A stretch of 64,000 bases of DNA from a virus, in IMG/VR virus record IMGVR_UViG_3300048591_001244, positions 1 to 64,000 of that record; one strand, given 5' to 3'. Below are positions 29,125 to 40,285 of the stretch, one piece after another. The translations under genes were made by a program, and so were the position numbers. The notes under the pieces are model-generated. The model was not told the origin of the DNA. It searched no databases and saw only the letters and a program-made list of their open reading frames with translations. How positions within the stretch are numbered: position 1 is the stretch's first letter; each line of letters opens with the position of its first letter.

Positions 29125-30705
29125 TTAATCTGGAATAAAAATATCTCTTCCTTGTTCGTTCTTCAAAATTTTCCCAGGCATTCCATTTACAATAACCGGC
29201 GATCCTTCAGGATAATTTTGTCCTTTAATATAAGGTCTAACCGGTCCGGAATCATTTTGACTTTGATCATAATTGAAGTTGTCATTGACCTTCCAGTGCT
29301 TACCCATTTCAAGAGCCATAGGCTGATCATCTTTTGGTAATGGCTTTCTTATTTTAAACTTGACAACGGTTCCTTTATCTGTTTGGGTAGAAGTGTATTT
29401 ATCAGATCCGTCAATATCTCCTAATGACTCCCACAAATTTTCATTGTTCTCTCCATGAATAGTGAAATCTCCACTTCCAGAGAATCCTATCCCTGTATTA
29501 TCATCAATGATACCTGATTCATCTTCTGCAAATTTACGGAATAGATCGCCTTCCATTTCAATATTCCATTCAGTATAAAATTCTCCAAGTTTCTTATCAA
29601 AAAGAATCTTTCCTGTATTGGTAGCTTTAGCACTGCTCAGCAACATAGCTTGTTTGTCAGTAGGAATCTGATGGAAATCTTTTCCTGGATTATCTATTGA
29701 TTCGCCTCTGGAAGAAACAATGATACCATCAGACAAATCTACTAATCCATCTGAACTATATGCATTTTTAATTATCTCAGGAGATATTCGAACATATCCT
29801 GTTGGTGATTCCATCGCCCTTTTCAACTGAGTTTGGAACGGATCAAGTAACACACCACCATTTGCTCCACCGCCAGCGCCACCTCTGCCAGTATTAGGGT
29901 TGAATATCTTAACATCCGAAGGAGCCTGTCCCGGATCTGCAAAGCCTTCACCTGTCTTAACAATATATGTTGCAAGGTCATTTTTGTAAAGCTTCTCTCT
30001 AATTGCAGGATCGAGAGATTGAAACTCTTTTGTGGCTACACGCCTTGCAATAGGATTGGCAAGAACAAGATCCGCTGCAGCTCTCAAATCTTCATTTCTC
30101 TGATAGGTATATGTCCTCCCATCTTCAGTAGCACCAAGACCTTGAGCTTTGAGATTTTTAAAGATGTCAGCGACAGATTTGCCAAGATCAAATTTGGTAT
30201 CAGGATTTATGAAAGTGTATTTTTTGCGTTCCTGAGCATTGATATCAGTAGTACCAAATGTCCTGTAATTTTCAATTTCATCAAGCATCTCCTGAACATG
30301 AGGATCATCTTTTGCAGCATCAGGATTTTCATGAAGCCATTTCATTGTAGCATCGTATTCAGTCCGGAAATTCATGTCTTCAGAAACAATGTCATTGTCA
30401 ACAAGCTCTTGTTTCATCATTTTAAACTGCAACATCTTTGCAGGATTAAGATGAAGATCATTGTTTTGAAGGACAAACTTACCCATCTCAGTAAGCTTCT
30501 GCTTATAGAAATCATTGAGTCTTTGACGATTATAGGGACTGCTGACAGAAGCAAGTTTAAAGTCCTCTCCAAGAAGCTTTGCCTTGTTCTCTGCATCTAC
30601 ACGAGTCTGTCTTTCATATGCGCGCTCTTGTAAATTCCGTTGCATTCTTGCATCGTAATCAACTTTAACATTTGCGCCTTGATATACTCCGATATTTAAT
30701 GGCAT
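29125..30705 (-). CDS. Putative ejected/cargo virion protein
   Basis: 526 aa, between the muzzle and vRNAP genes as in Crassvirales. Confidence 0.6.
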   Translation of the reverse strand: MPLNIGVYQGANVKVDYDARMQRNLQERAYERQTRVDAENKAKLLGEDFKLASVSSPYNRQRLNDFYKQKLTEMGKFVLQNNDLHLNPAKMLQFKMMKQELVDNDIVSEDMNFRTEYDATMKWLHENPDAAKDDPHVQEMLDEIENYRTFGTTDINAQERKKYTFINPDTKFDLGKSVADIFKNLKAQGLGATEDGRTYTYQRNEDLRAAADLVLANPIARRVATKEFQSLDPAIREKLYKNDLATYIVKTGEGFADPGQAPSDVKIFNPNTGRGGAGGGANGGVLLDPFQTQLKRAMESPTGYVRISPEIIKNAYSSDGLVDLSDGIIVSSRGESIDNPGKDFHQIPTDKQAMLLSSAKATNTGKILFDKKLGEFYTEWNIEMEGDLFRKFAEDESGIIDDNTGIGFSGSGDFTIHGENNENLWESLGDIDGSDKYTSTQTDKGTVVKFKIRKPLPKDDQPMALEMGKHWKVNDNFNYDQSQNDSGPVRPYIKGQNYPEGSPVIVNGMPGKILKNEQGRDIFIPD

Positions 30706-30711
30706 GGCTTG

Positions 30712-33700
30712 TTACAAATTATTAAGTAGGCTCATTAATCCAGATGCAAAGTTCTTTTCTGTTCCAGAATATTTAGCATCAATTTTATCAAGACGTTCCT
30801 TTTGTCCAGCTTCAGAAGTAGCACCGATGAAATTAGAAATACCCGTATTCATAAGTCCTGCAGCTGCCTGTTGGTTCAGAAGGAATTCATTACGCTTATC
30901 CTCATAAGCCATACGATTCTGTCCTGCTACCTGTCCTGCAAGATTCCCAGCAAACTGTTTCTTGTTTAACTTCTGTTCTTCCTGCATTGCTGCCAAAGCT
31001 ATGATCCCACGATTCTTATCGATGCCAGCACGACGAATGTTATTAACAGCAAGTCCAGTATCACCACCAGCCATCTGTTGAACCTGTTCAATTTGTCCAC
31101 GACGAGTAAGTTCTAAGTTACGTTCAGCATTTGACTTTATTGCAGGGTCCAACCTGTTAGAGTCAAGGATGGCTTCATCTCTGAGTTTTACTAAGGTAGC
31201 ATCAGGAGAATATGCACCCGGGTGTTTTTCTGACAATACTCCGGCAAGACCGAAACCTGTTTGAGCAAGAGCCATCAAGCCACCATAGCCACCCATTGCT
31301 TCAAAAATCTTTGAACCGGCAGATTGTGTTGGAGGAGGAGGCGTACTTTTTTCAGGATATTTTATATCGTCTCCAACAGGTTTTAATGAAGCTATTTCAT
31401 CAGAAGCCTGTTTCCTTAAAGAGGGCTGTTTTTTCTTTTGAAGTAAATCAAGTGCCGTTGGAGCAAGTGCAATATCTTGATATCTTGGATCAGGAATCCG
31501 TTCATTGTTTTGTGAAATTGCTTCTGAATCATCAACATTATATGTCGTTTTAGAAGTGGGATATTTTGCTAATTCTGATTTTAATCCTTCTTGTTTTATT
31601 AACTCTTTAAAATCAGGATCGGTACCTCTTCTTTTATAAATTTCACGAATACGATCACGTTCAGATAAAGCTTTGTCATAGTTAGCTTGAACCTTTGGAT
31701 CAATTCCTCTATTACGACTTTGATTGACAGATTCTTGACCAAAAGGAGAAACTGTTTCTTGCGAGAGCTTTGCTCGATCATATTGTCTTTTGGCAAGTTG
31801 ATATTCTTGTTCTGCTTTATCAAGCGGACCAGAACCACTTGCTACCAATTTTGCATCTCTTACTTTTTGATCTTCAGCTTGAAGTTTTTCTGCCTTCTTT
31901 AATTCAGCAGTTTTCTTTGCTAACTGTTTACCAAGTTCAGGATCATAATTTTGCTCATATTTCTTTTTAATATTAGCAATTTCTACTTGAAGCTTTGGAA
32001 CAGATCCAGCTGAATAAGATTCTTTTTTTGTCTCTGCAGGAGATGATGTTTTAACTGCTTTTGCCAAATGGTTTTCCTTTGGATCAAAAACTGACTTTGA
32101 TGGAAGCTGTATTTTTTCGCCTTTTAAATAAGCTTCACGAATTTTAGGAATGTCCTGAGACAATTTATTTGTTCTTTTTAAAGAGTCTGTTGGATTAGAA
32201 ACAGGGTCAGATTCAATACCTCCTGGCAGTGATGTCCATGTTCCTTTTAATCCTTTGTCAGCTTCGTCAAATTTTCCATTAGCAACATTTGATATTTGGC
32301 CTCTTTCTATCATTAAGGCAATTGCTCCTAATGCAGCTTCATTTAAATCAGGACTTCTCAAATCTGCACCATACGCATCTAAAATTTCTTGATGTGTTGA
32401 ATCAATAGCCTGAAACCATCCTTGAGCAGATGATTCTCCTGCTTCATTTTTTCCTGTTGCCGGATTTTTCTTTGAAGGTTCAGTATGTAATATTCCAGCA
32501 ATGTAAGCCTGAACATTTTTTTTGTTTAAATAGTCGGTTAAGAGCTTTCTTTTTTCCGCATCTGAAAGTTTTATAATTTGTGATCTTGTGAGTTTCTTTT
32601 CTACTGTTCCGCCAAATACATATCCTTTTCGAACAGTGCCACCTTTTTGATAGCCTGTACCTGAATACTCTGCATTCGGAGCCAACATAGCCAAATTGAT
32701 ACCCTGAGATTCAAGAATCTTCACTTCGTCAGGAGTAAACAAATGTTCTCCATTACTTAAAGAGACAGGAGTATTTCCACCCTTGGTCATTTTCTGCTTT
32801 CCCGGATCTCCCAAGTATTGTTCTCTCAACTGCTGAGCAATGGTAGCATTTGTAGCAGGAACAACAAATGATCCTTCCTGAACATTTACATCGATATCAT
32901 CAGACCTTCCCGTTCCTGGACCCTCTACCTGACCACCTTCTTTTAAGGATTGCTTAGCATCCATCTTTGAATGATTCGGAGTAGGAGCCATCTTATCATA
33001 AAGAATCGCTCCCATTAATCCACCGGGAGAGCCTGCTATGATATTCTCCTGTGCAGTAGCTTTCTTATTAATTACACCGCCATCTTTTGCAGCAATACGA
33101 TAGTCAGCTTTATCTTTCATTTGACTCATTAATGGATCTAGTCGCTGCTTTTGTATTAATTTATCACGCTCTTTTTTCTTTTCTTCATTCATTTTTAATC
33201 CGTGTCCCCAAGGTAATAACAATGCTTCTGCAGCAGTACCAATATCTCCTTTTCCTATTGCATTAATTCCATCCATAGTAGAATCTCCAGGACTAAAAAT
33301 ATTTGCAGCAACAACTTGAGTATCATTTCCTTTTCGTATGCCATAATCTTCTATTGGAGAAATGGTATCTGCAATTAAATGACTTGACGCTTCTCCCAAT
33401 GCAGCAAATGGAACAATTGATCCAACACCATCTGCTATTCCATCTTTTGAAGCTGCCGCTTTTGCTTGTGCATCAAAATATTCACTAGTTCCATATTCAT
33501 ATTCATTAACAGGTCTTTTTCCTATCCCTGCAGATTTTGCTGCATTACCAGCAATCATTGAAGCTCCTGCAACATCAACACCGCCACCGCTTTTTGAGTT
33601 TTCTCCTTTTGTACTATTTAAATAATCTATCTTTTCTGCATCTGTTTCAAGACTTTGAAATTTTGCTTGTTGACTTGCACTAAGATCATTTATTGCAATT

Positions 33701-34089
33701 GGATTGTAAGATGTAGTATTAGTATCAAACTGATTTGACATGGCAATCCCTTGGGAATTTAATTGAACCTTTTTTGGATTGCTATTTAATTGTACTTTTT
33801 TTGGATTACTATAAGTATCACTTATTGATTTTGCATTTCCAAGAACACCGCCGGCAAGGGCAACACCGTTTACTCCTGATCCTTTAGAATTTGGGTCCTT
33901 TGATGTATTACCAACAGATTCAAGGTAGGCCATCTTCTCATTGTCAGTAGACATGCCTTCAAACTGAAGGCGCTGATCTTCGGTAAGACTGGCAAGCGTC
34001 AATGGATTGAAAGTTGTTCCACCATTATTATATTTTTTCCTTGCAGGAACCTTTATGTCTTTTTTATCATTTACAATAGCGCGCCCCAT
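30712..34089 (-). CDS. Putative cargo/ejection protein with a lambda-lysozyme-like (GH104) muramidase domain
   Basis: ILHTE...SSAQGWFQ...WTSLPGG (~32200-32520); GPGTGRSDDI...LSNGE motif. Confidence 0.7.
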   Translation of the reverse strand: MGRAIVNDKKDIKVPARKKYNNGGTTFNPLTLASLTEDQRLQFEGMSTDNEKMAYLESVGNTSKDPNSKGSGVNGVALAGGVLGNAKSISDTYSNPKKVQLNSNPKKVQLNSQGIAMSNQFDTNTTSYNPIAINDLSASQQAKFQSLETDAEKIDYLNSTKGENSKSGGGVDVAGASMIAGNAAKSAGIGKRPVNEYEYGTSEYFDAQAKAAASKDGIADGVGSIVPFAALGEASSHLIADTISPIEDYGIRKGNDTQVVAANIFSPGDSTMDGINAIGKGDIGTAAEALLLPWGHGLKMNEEKKKERDKLIQKQRLDPLMSQMKDKADYRIAAKDGGVINKKATAQENIIAGSPGGLMGAILYDKMAPTPNHSKMDAKQSLKEGGQVEGPGTGRSDDIDVNVQEGSFVVPATNATIAQQLREQYLGDPGKQKMTKGGNTPVSLSNGEHLFTPDEVKILESQGINLAMLAPNAEYSGTGYQKGGTVRKGYVFGGTVEKKLTRSQIIKLSDAEKRKLLTDYLNKKNVQAYIAGILHTEPSKKNPATGKNEAGESSAQGWFQAIDSTHQEILDAYGADLRSPDLNEAALGAIALMIERGQISNVANGKFDEADKGLKGTWTSLPGGIESDPVSNPTDSLKRTNKLSQDIPKIREAYLKGEKIQLPSKSVFDPKENHLAKAVKTSSPAETKKESYSAGSVPKLQVEIANIKKKYEQNYDPELGKQLAKKTAELKKAEKLQAEDQKVRDAKLVASGSGPLDKAEQEYQLAKRQYDRAKLSQETVSPFGQESVNQSRNRGIDPKVQANYDKALSERDRIREIYKRRGTDPDFKELIKQEGLKSELAKYPTSKTTYNVDDSEAISQNNERIPDPRYQDIALAPTALDLLQKKKQPSLRKQASDEIASLKPVGDDIKYPEKSTPPPPTQSAGSKIFEAMGGYGGLMALAQTGFGLAGVLSEKHPGAYSPDATLVKLRDEAILDSNRLDPAIKSNAERNLELTRRGQIEQVQQMAGGDTGLAVNNIRRAGIDKNRGIIALAAMQEEQKLNKKQFAGNLAGQVAGQNRMAYEDKRNEFLLNQQAAAGLMNTGISNFIGATSEAGQKERLDKIDAKYSGTEKNFASGLMSLLNNL
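33757..33810. repeat. 27-bp in-frame tandem duplication
   Basis: Encodes SNPKKVQLN twice. Confidence 0.8.
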
Positions 34090-34090
34090 T

Positions 34091-37000
34091 TTAGTATGCT
34101 TTTCGATATGTTATAATAACAGTATTGAGAACAGTCCTCTCATTCTTACTGAATCTTGGAGATCCATTTAACCGATTGTCCTTTTCCATCTCTACACCCA
34201 TTTGAACATCGACAAGTCGACCATCTGTTGATAGTGGAACGGAAGAAAGCCACACCTTGTTGCGATATTCATATTCTGAATGATTAACCAAATCTAAGTC
34301 CGTTGCACTCTGATCAGACGTTGATGCAGTAAGTCTATCAAAAAAGGCTTTACTGCCCTGAAATTCAAAGTTGTCAAAGACTTTTTGCATTCTTGGATCT
34401 TTGGTTAAAGTAATGAATTTCAATAATGACGGATGAACCCTTCCATAATATTTTCCAACATCTCCTAAGTTGTGCATCCACAGCTCATTCTTCTTACTCG
34501 ACTGAGCCCAAAACAAAGGAAACAATGCAGGGTTCTGTCCTCCCGTATGCGTATAAGGCTGAATGCATATCCATGTATCCTGATCTGTTAATCCATGGAC
34601 TAAATCTCCTTCAACATAGTTTCCCGGAGCCAAAACACCAAGATTCAAACTCTCAGAATTTGTTATCAGGTCTTCTCCCCAAGCATGGTATAGAGTAGGC
34701 AGAAAAGGGTAAAACCCAGCGAACTGAGGTTTAAGATGATCAAAAGCCAAAGTAAAGTCACCGGTATCAGTCCCCCGTACTGTAATGTAAGTTTTCTTGT
34801 TTTTAAAGTCATGTCCTGAAATTACACCTACCCTCAAAAATGGCGTATCGCCAGAGAGTAGATTTCCATTAATTCTTTTCTGTAAAAAGGAGTTCATTCC
34901 TTTCACCGCACCAAGTTCTACAATCTCCTGTCCTAGCGACATGTAACACAAAGTCCTTCTTTTCACGTCCATCCATACAAAACCTTGAGGCGTTTCTGTC
35001 AATCCAAACTGATGTTGATTACCATAGAACCTACTACGCTCGTCATATCTTTCCATTACGCCACCTTCTCCCATTGTGACAGCCTGACCTAAAGAAGTCG
35101 CTAAAGCGGCTCTCTCATTGACAGGAATATATCCTGTAGCGTCCTCCTGCCAGTAGAACAACTTCATTGCTTTTGCCATGAAATTTGTAATAGGACCATT
35201 CAAGCCATTGACATCTCTGAAATTCCCGGAAGAGAACCTTCGAAAAGAATTGATCTGTTCACCAGGAGTTTTACGGAAAGAGTAAAGTCCACGATATGGA
35301 TATTCATTGACCGGCCTGTAGTTTTCCGGCGCCGAATCATAGGGAACAGTCAAATGATGATTTGAATATGCTTGATTATAAAGCCACTGCTCAATATTGG
35401 TATTGGAAAGGTTAGCTGTCTTTGCAGCTGTACGGCCTTCTCTAAGCAAGAAATTAGCATGAGATTCCAATGGAATACCTACCAAGAAACGATAAGAATC
35501 TGTATTTCCATCATAGTTTTGCTCTTTAGCAAAACAATGTAGTCCGATCGTAGCATCACCACCGAAAACTTCTATCCCGCTGATAATACCATTGCCAGCA
35601 ACAAGGGCAGACATGAAATTGCTATTGAAGCTTTGAAAATGACCAATTGGAATGTATTGATTATTAGCCTTTGCAGAATTTGAAGATCCTCCATAAAGGA
35701 CAACATTATTCTTTTTCAAATTAACAACCGGGCGGATATGATCAAACTGGCCAACCCTACTTGGATTCCAGTCAGTAACAATAACAGCTCCTCTTGCTCC
35801 AATGGCATCTTTTACGGTTCCGCCTCCTATGCTAATTCCCGGCGGAGAAAGCGTAGGACTTGCTCTCATTATATTTTCAAAAGAATTACCATTGGCATTA
35901 CCGGTTCCTCCTATATCAAATTCAGCAACAGAATTTCCAGAATCTATTGGATGAATAACTCCTTGCCTTCCTGTATTTGGCTGAGCATGAACAAATTTTT
36001 GTTGCCATGTTTGGCTACCGACAAGTTTGTTTACTATTCCTCCGGCAGAAGCAGCATATTCCATTACCACTTCCATCTTGGTAACTTCATTGAAAGAAGG
36101 AAGGCCATTGTGACGCAACTGAAAGTCTGGAGAATAGAACATCTCCATATTTGGAATCAATGGATGCAAAGCATAGTCATTTGAATGACTGGGCTGAGAC
36201 ATTGCTATTGGACCTACCGTTCCAAAACCATTGCCAATTATAGGATAGCAAGTACCCTGAGCGACAATAGTAGAATCTAAAGGACATCTTAAAATTGAAA
36301 ATCCACTGAAATAATTTGGAAGTTCGGCGACAGTAATACCTAAAGCCGTGGCAAGACCATTAAAATCAATATTGTCAAAGACTACACCAATTGAACGAAC
36401 AGTAGATCTTGGCCAGCCAAGATAGTTCCCATCCATTTCAATAACATCCATATCAAATCCGATGACATTTCCATCATCATCTAAGTCAGCAGCCTTTTTA
36501 TATCGTGCCGGAATCTTCTTATCTGCAATCCATCTGGCATAGGTAATGTTCCCGGCCAGATCATGCATTCCAATAGCATATCGATATGTTTCATCACGCC
36601 AGAGACTTTTTGACCAATAGTTAAATGTCATCCCAGCACCATCAGCAAAGTCATTATCAAGAACAACATCATTATAAACAGGCCCGGCTATTGGATGATC
36701 ATACTTTTTTATTCTGATAATTGACTGTATTGTAGCTCCATTAAATGCTCTTGCTTCTTCAGCTAAAGCCAATCCATTTGTTGACGGCCTTAATCCTGTA
36801 AATACATCTCCAGGGAAATACTGAGTTCCACCAATCGGATACCTAACAAAAGAACCTGCAGGACCAACAACTTTATAGGTTTGGTTCCAGCGGATTCCGG
36901 TAAGAGTTAAAATAGGATTCTGACTTGGTAAATGTCCCAAGAAATTTGTACTGCCATATCCCTGATCATCATGAGTACGATCAAGCTTAATACATTTTAC

Positions 37001-38266
37001 AGAAACACCTGCACTTGCATCCCAAGCAAAGTCTTTAGAATAGACAATGTTTCCCGGAAAGAAAATATTGTTGACAGTAGCAATGGTCTTAACTTTCTCA
37101 ATTCTAAGAAGAACCTGAGTGATATCTTCTTCTGTCAGCTGAGTAAGGTATTCACGCCCTGTAAAGTTTACTAAAATAGTATCTCCATCTTCTACATCAC
37201 CGGTGGTAACATTGGCATTGGAAACAGTACCGTCATAAATAACAACAGGCTCTTCATAAACATTTAAGTCCGTTCCAACAATCATAGCAACCCTGAGTCT
37301 GGTGTACTTTCTATCCAGATTAGTTATCTCAAGTTGAATTCCCTGAGAGGACAAAGTTCCATATGGATGACCTTGATGATTAGAATAGCTTGTAATGACA
37401 TTTGTAACTGCATTAGGTCCGGCCACACGAATAGGAAAAGTAGGCATAGACCAATTTGTTGCAGCGCCATCATTATCCAATAGCTGATAGACAAAAGTAT
37501 AAACTCCACATGGAGCATTTCCAACAAGAGGTTTCTTGAATTTTATTTGTCCTGCTTTAAATATAGGAGTCCAGTCAAGAAGCTCCAAAGGAATGTAATC
37601 GATCAGCCTGAATGGATTTCCTGATGGGTTGGCAAATACGGCTCCGGTAGCAGTAAAAACAGTCCCTGCAGTTTCTCCCGGACCATACAAAGTACTGTTG
37701 TAGATTATCTGTCCCTGAGCAACCATATACTGATTTCCCGCAACCAAAGAAGCCGGGTTAGTATATAAATTATGAAGCTTTGTATTTAAAATATTTAATG
37801 TCCGCGGAGGATTAAAATTGTCTGTCCAATAGCTTCCCTCAACAAAACTATTTTCCGGAAACAAAATTCCTTCAATAGCATAACGCTCCTGAAAGTTTAG
37901 TCCGATATGATTGTATAAAGGAGTGTATGTTGCCGTTAAATTTTGCTTATTGATTTCAAGAATACCAATCTCACCATTATGACGAAGTGTATTACCGATC
38001 CATGCTGAATGAACAACAATTCTTCCCTGACTTCCGGAAAGGCGAAGAGGAGAATATCCAGGAGTTAAATTTTGAATAGAGATGTTTCCTTCAGGAGAAG
38101 TTATAGCAAAGCTTGTTCCACCGGTATTTATCAGGTGAAAGTTTTGTAAATCAAATAGCGTTCCTTCAGGCTGATCGTAGAAGTCCTGAACAACACCGTC
38201 TTTAAACTCCTGCGCGTATTCCATAGTTTGGTTCGTTTCCCAGCCAGAAAGCATTTGCATATCCAC
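34091..38266 (-). CDS. Tail muzzle/stabilization protein (P22 gp10-like)
   Basis: 1391 aa; YWTDNFNPPR, SLWRDETYRYAI, DVNGLNGPIT, YGNQHQF motifs; crAss-like position. Confidence 0.75.
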   Translation of the reverse strand: MDMQMLSGWETNQTMEYAQEFKDGVVQDFYDQPEGTLFDLQNFHLINTGGTSFAITSPEGNISIQNLTPGYSPLRLSGSQGRIVVHSAWIGNTLRHNGEIGILEINKQNLTATYTPLYNHIGLNFQERYAIEGILFPENSFVEGSYWTDNFNPPRTLNILNTKLHNLYTNPASLVAGNQYMVAQGQIIYNSTLYGPGETAGTVFTATGAVFANPSGNPFRLIDYIPLELLDWTPIFKAGQIKFKKPLVGNAPCGVYTFVYQLLDNDGAATNWSMPTFPIRVAGPNAVTNVITSYSNHQGHPYGTLSSQGIQLEITNLDRKYTRLRVAMIVGTDLNVYEEPVVIYDGTVSNANVTTGDVEDGDTILVNFTGREYLTQLTEEDITQVLLRIEKVKTIATVNNIFFPGNIVYSKDFAWDASAGVSVKCIKLDRTHDDQGYGSTNFLGHLPSQNPILTLTGIRWNQTYKVVGPAGSFVRYPIGGTQYFPGDVFTGLRPSTNGLALAEEARAFNGATIQSIIRIKKYDHPIAGPVYNDVVLDNDFADGAGMTFNYWSKSLWRDETYRYAIGMHDLAGNITYARWIADKKIPARYKKAADLDDDGNVIGFDMDVIEMDGNYLGWPRSTVRSIGVVFDNIDFNGLATALGITVAELPNYFSGFSILRCPLDSTIVAQGTCYPIIGNGFGTVGPIAMSQPSHSNDYALHPLIPNMEMFYSPDFQLRHNGLPSFNEVTKMEVVMEYAASAGGIVNKLVGSQTWQQKFVHAQPNTGRQGVIHPIDSGNSVAEFDIGGTGNANGNSFENIMRASPTLSPPGISIGGGTVKDAIGARGAVIVTDWNPSRVGQFDHIRPVVNLKKNNVVLYGGSSNSAKANNQYIPIGHFQSFNSNFMSALVAGNGIISGIEVFGGDATIGLHCFAKEQNYDGNTDSYRFLVGIPLESHANFLLREGRTAAKTANLSNTNIEQWLYNQAYSNHHLTVPYDSAPENYRPVNEYPYRGLYSFRKTPGEQINSFRRFSSGNFRDVNGLNGPITNFMAKAMKLFYWQEDATGYIPVNERAALATSLGQAVTMGEGGVMERYDERSRFYGNQHQFGLTETPQGFVWMDVKRRTLCYMSLGQEIVELGAVKGMNSFLQKRINGNLLSGDTPFLRVGVISGHDFKNKKTYITVRGTDTGDFTLAFDHLKPQFAGFYPFLPTLYHAWGEDLITNSESLNLGVLAPGNYVEGDLVHGLTDQDTWICIQPYTHTGGQNPALFPLFWAQSSKKNELWMHNLGDVGKYYGRVHPSLLKFITLTKDPRMQKVFDNFEFQGSKAFFDRLTASTSDQSATDLDLVNHSEYEYRNKVWLSSVPLSTDGRLVDVQMGVEMEKDNRLNGSPRFSKNERTVLNTVIITYRKAY

Positions 38267-38945
38267 TTAACGGATCACTCCACATTGCAATCATTTGAGC
38301 TTCTTCTTCAGGAGATGGCTTTCCATCGTCAGCGTTACAATGAGCAGCAAGTCTTGACCATATTTTAAATTGTCCATCAATTTCATTTCTTCCATAATTT
38401 CGGCCACCAATTTTATGGCGAGATCGTTTCATGTACATGTATTCAATATAGCTGGAAATTGCACGTACATGATTCTCATTGATAAGCATCCAGCCCTCTT
38501 CATCAACTTCTTGAATTAAAAGCTGAACAGTCACTTTCTGATTGTGATAATTTTCATCGAAAACAAGTTCGTTATTTTGAATCTTCCAAGACAGATCTCT
38601 TCTACATGCAGGACCGCCAATATTAAACTCATAAGTTAAATTAAATGGAAGCTGAGAAGTATTTATTGCAAGTTGAACTTGGTTAAATTTTAAATCACAA
38701 TCACATCCATGATCGCCCAACATTGTAGCAAGAACAGCTTTTGCCTCACAAGGAAGTGTCGCCCTACACTGACAGACATCAAGAACATAGTTCTTTTTTT
38801 TGTATTGTGTAAAACTTCCAATTTCATTCTCAGCATCAGCAGCCCATATTTTAAATACAGGCACGAGCGTATTTTCCTCTATACCAAGATCATCAAGAGC
38901 CTGTTGAACAGCTCTCTTGATACTAACCTTTTTTTTTATGCTCAT
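38202..38945 (-). CDS. Tail ring/tubular protein
   Basis: DEEGWMLI...AISSYI motif; immediately upstream of the muzzle gene. Confidence 0.6.
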   Translation of the reverse strand: MSIKKKVSIKRAVQQALDDLGIEENTLVPVFKIWAADAENEIGSFTQYKKKNYVLDVCQCRATLPCEAKAVLATMLGDHGCDCDLKFNQVQLAINTSQLPFNLTYEFNIGGPACRRDLSWKIQNNELVFDENYHNQKVTVQLLIQEVDEEGWMLINENHVRAISSYIEYMYMKRSRHKIGGRNYGRNEIDGQFKIWSRLAAHCNADDGKPSPEEEAQMIAMWSDPLSGYANAFWLGNEPNYGIRAGV

Positions 38946-39387
38946 AGCTTGCGTATTGCTTGTCAGTTTTCATTAATATATTGAACAGCTTCTTTCTCCA
39001 CTTATTACTGGCAAAGAACTTAAATCCCATATCTTCCAACTCTTTATTTTCAAAGGAGATTAAATAATTTTCGTTTATTCTCTTTGGATTAAAACAAAAT
39101 TCCTGAGTGACCTTATCTGGAAACAAATGTGCATTTTTCCATGGCTTAGGCTTTTCTAAAACTTGCTTATTGACAAAGATCGTAGTCCCATCTGCAAACT
39201 TAACCCGGTTACCATCTAAAACAGATTCCATCATTAAATCACAATACATTCCTATGATATTATTGATCGTCTTTTTTCTTAAAATAGGAACGTTCCTTTT
39301 CTTTACAACAAACTCAATAATCTCCTGCCTCTTAACATTGTGGTTAAAGATCTTTGCCTTCCTATGATATGTGGATAATCTTGGCAT
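38923..39387 (-). CDS. HU/IHF-like DNA-binding protein
   Basis: Basic; MESVLDGNRVKFADGTTIFV resembles the HU/IHF fold; crAss structural modules contain such genes. Confidence 0.55.
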   Translation of the reverse strand: MPRLSTYHRKAKIFNHNVKRQEIIEFVVKKRNVPILRKKTINNIIGMYCDLMMESVLDGNRVKFADGTTIFVNKQVLEKPKPWKNAHLFPDKVTQEFCFNPKRINENYLISFENKELEDMGFKFFASNKWRKKLFNILMKTDKQYASYEHKKKG

Positions 39388-40205
39388 TATTGCTGCTCAA
39401 TGATAGTTTGCTGATTGGTATTATCGTTTTTAATATCGGCAATTTTTCTCTCTTCAATATTTAATTCTTTTGTCAAGATCATCATCGAAACATATTCTCC
39501 ACCCTGGAATGTCATTGGATAAGGATCATCTTCTGTCATTGGCCTACGCTTGTCTTTGAAGAACACCTTTCCCGGACCAGACCATGTTGTTGCCAGCTGA
39601 CCTATAAACGTATCTCCTGCAACATAGTTCGTTCCATCATAAGTGACAGCACCTTCAGAAACTTCATATTCTAAATCTTCCTGAATCTTTTGTTGTAAGG
39701 TATTGTCAAAGAAATCTCCATCCATAGGATTATCCAGGACAAAACGAAAATGAGCCTTATTTGGCGTTGGATATAAATAGAAGTCATCCCCTGACCTCAT
39801 GTAGTATGGAATCTTTGCTCTTAAAGAAGTGCGGTCAAGATCGAAAAAACGCTCTATTGATATACCATAGTAGGTACTATGCTGAGAAGTTCCGGAAACT
39901 CTCACCACTCCTTTATCATCAGGAAGGGAAAGGATTCTGGGAAGGACAACCTTTCCAAGTGTTATGCCACTGCAATATCCCGGCAATTCCTCTCCTGAAT
40001 CTACAGGAGTAAGGGTTCTGATTCCAAGATTCTGAATCCATACCGGATCGATATATCCCTGTCGCTGGAATGATTCTCGTTTTGACCGGGCAGCATATTT
40101 ATGAATGAGAAAATTGAGATGTGGTCTTTCTAATCTGTGGTCCTTACTGACTTTACTCTTTTCGGCAATAAGTTCTATATCTGAACGAAGCTCTCTTAGT
40201 GTCAT
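39387..40205 (-). CDS. Tail ring protein
   Basis: MTLREL...DDPYP...DIKND pattern of crAss ring proteins. Confidence 0.6.
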   Translation of the reverse strand: MTLRELRSDIELIAEKSKVSKDHRLERPHLNFLIHKYAARSKRESFQRQGYIDPVWIQNLGIRTLTPVDSGEELPGYCSGITLGKVVLPRILSLPDDKGVVRVSGTSQHSTYYGISIERFFDLDRTSLRAKIPYYMRSGDDFYLYPTPNKAHFRFVLDNPMDGDFFDNTLQQKIQEDLEYEVSEGAVTYDGTNYVAGDTFIGQLATTWSGPGKVFFKDKRRPMTEDDPYPMTFQGGEYVSMMILTKELNIEERKIADIKNDNTNQQTIIEQQ

Positions 40206-40223
40206 GGCTTTAAGGATTTACTA

Positions 40224-40231
40224 CAAAAATA
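40224..40231 (-). promoter_or_regulatory. TAnnTTTG -7 box
   Basis: TATTTTTG on the - strand just upstream of the ATG at 40205. Confidence 0.5.
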
Positions 40232-40262
40232 AAAAAGGAGTCGAATATTCCGACTCCTTTTA
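40232..40262 (-). terminator. Intrinsic terminator
   Basis: AAAAGGAGTCG-loop-CGACTCCTTTT with flanking A/T tracts. Confidence 0.8.
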
Positions 40263-40285
40263 TTAATAATTATACAATTTCAATC

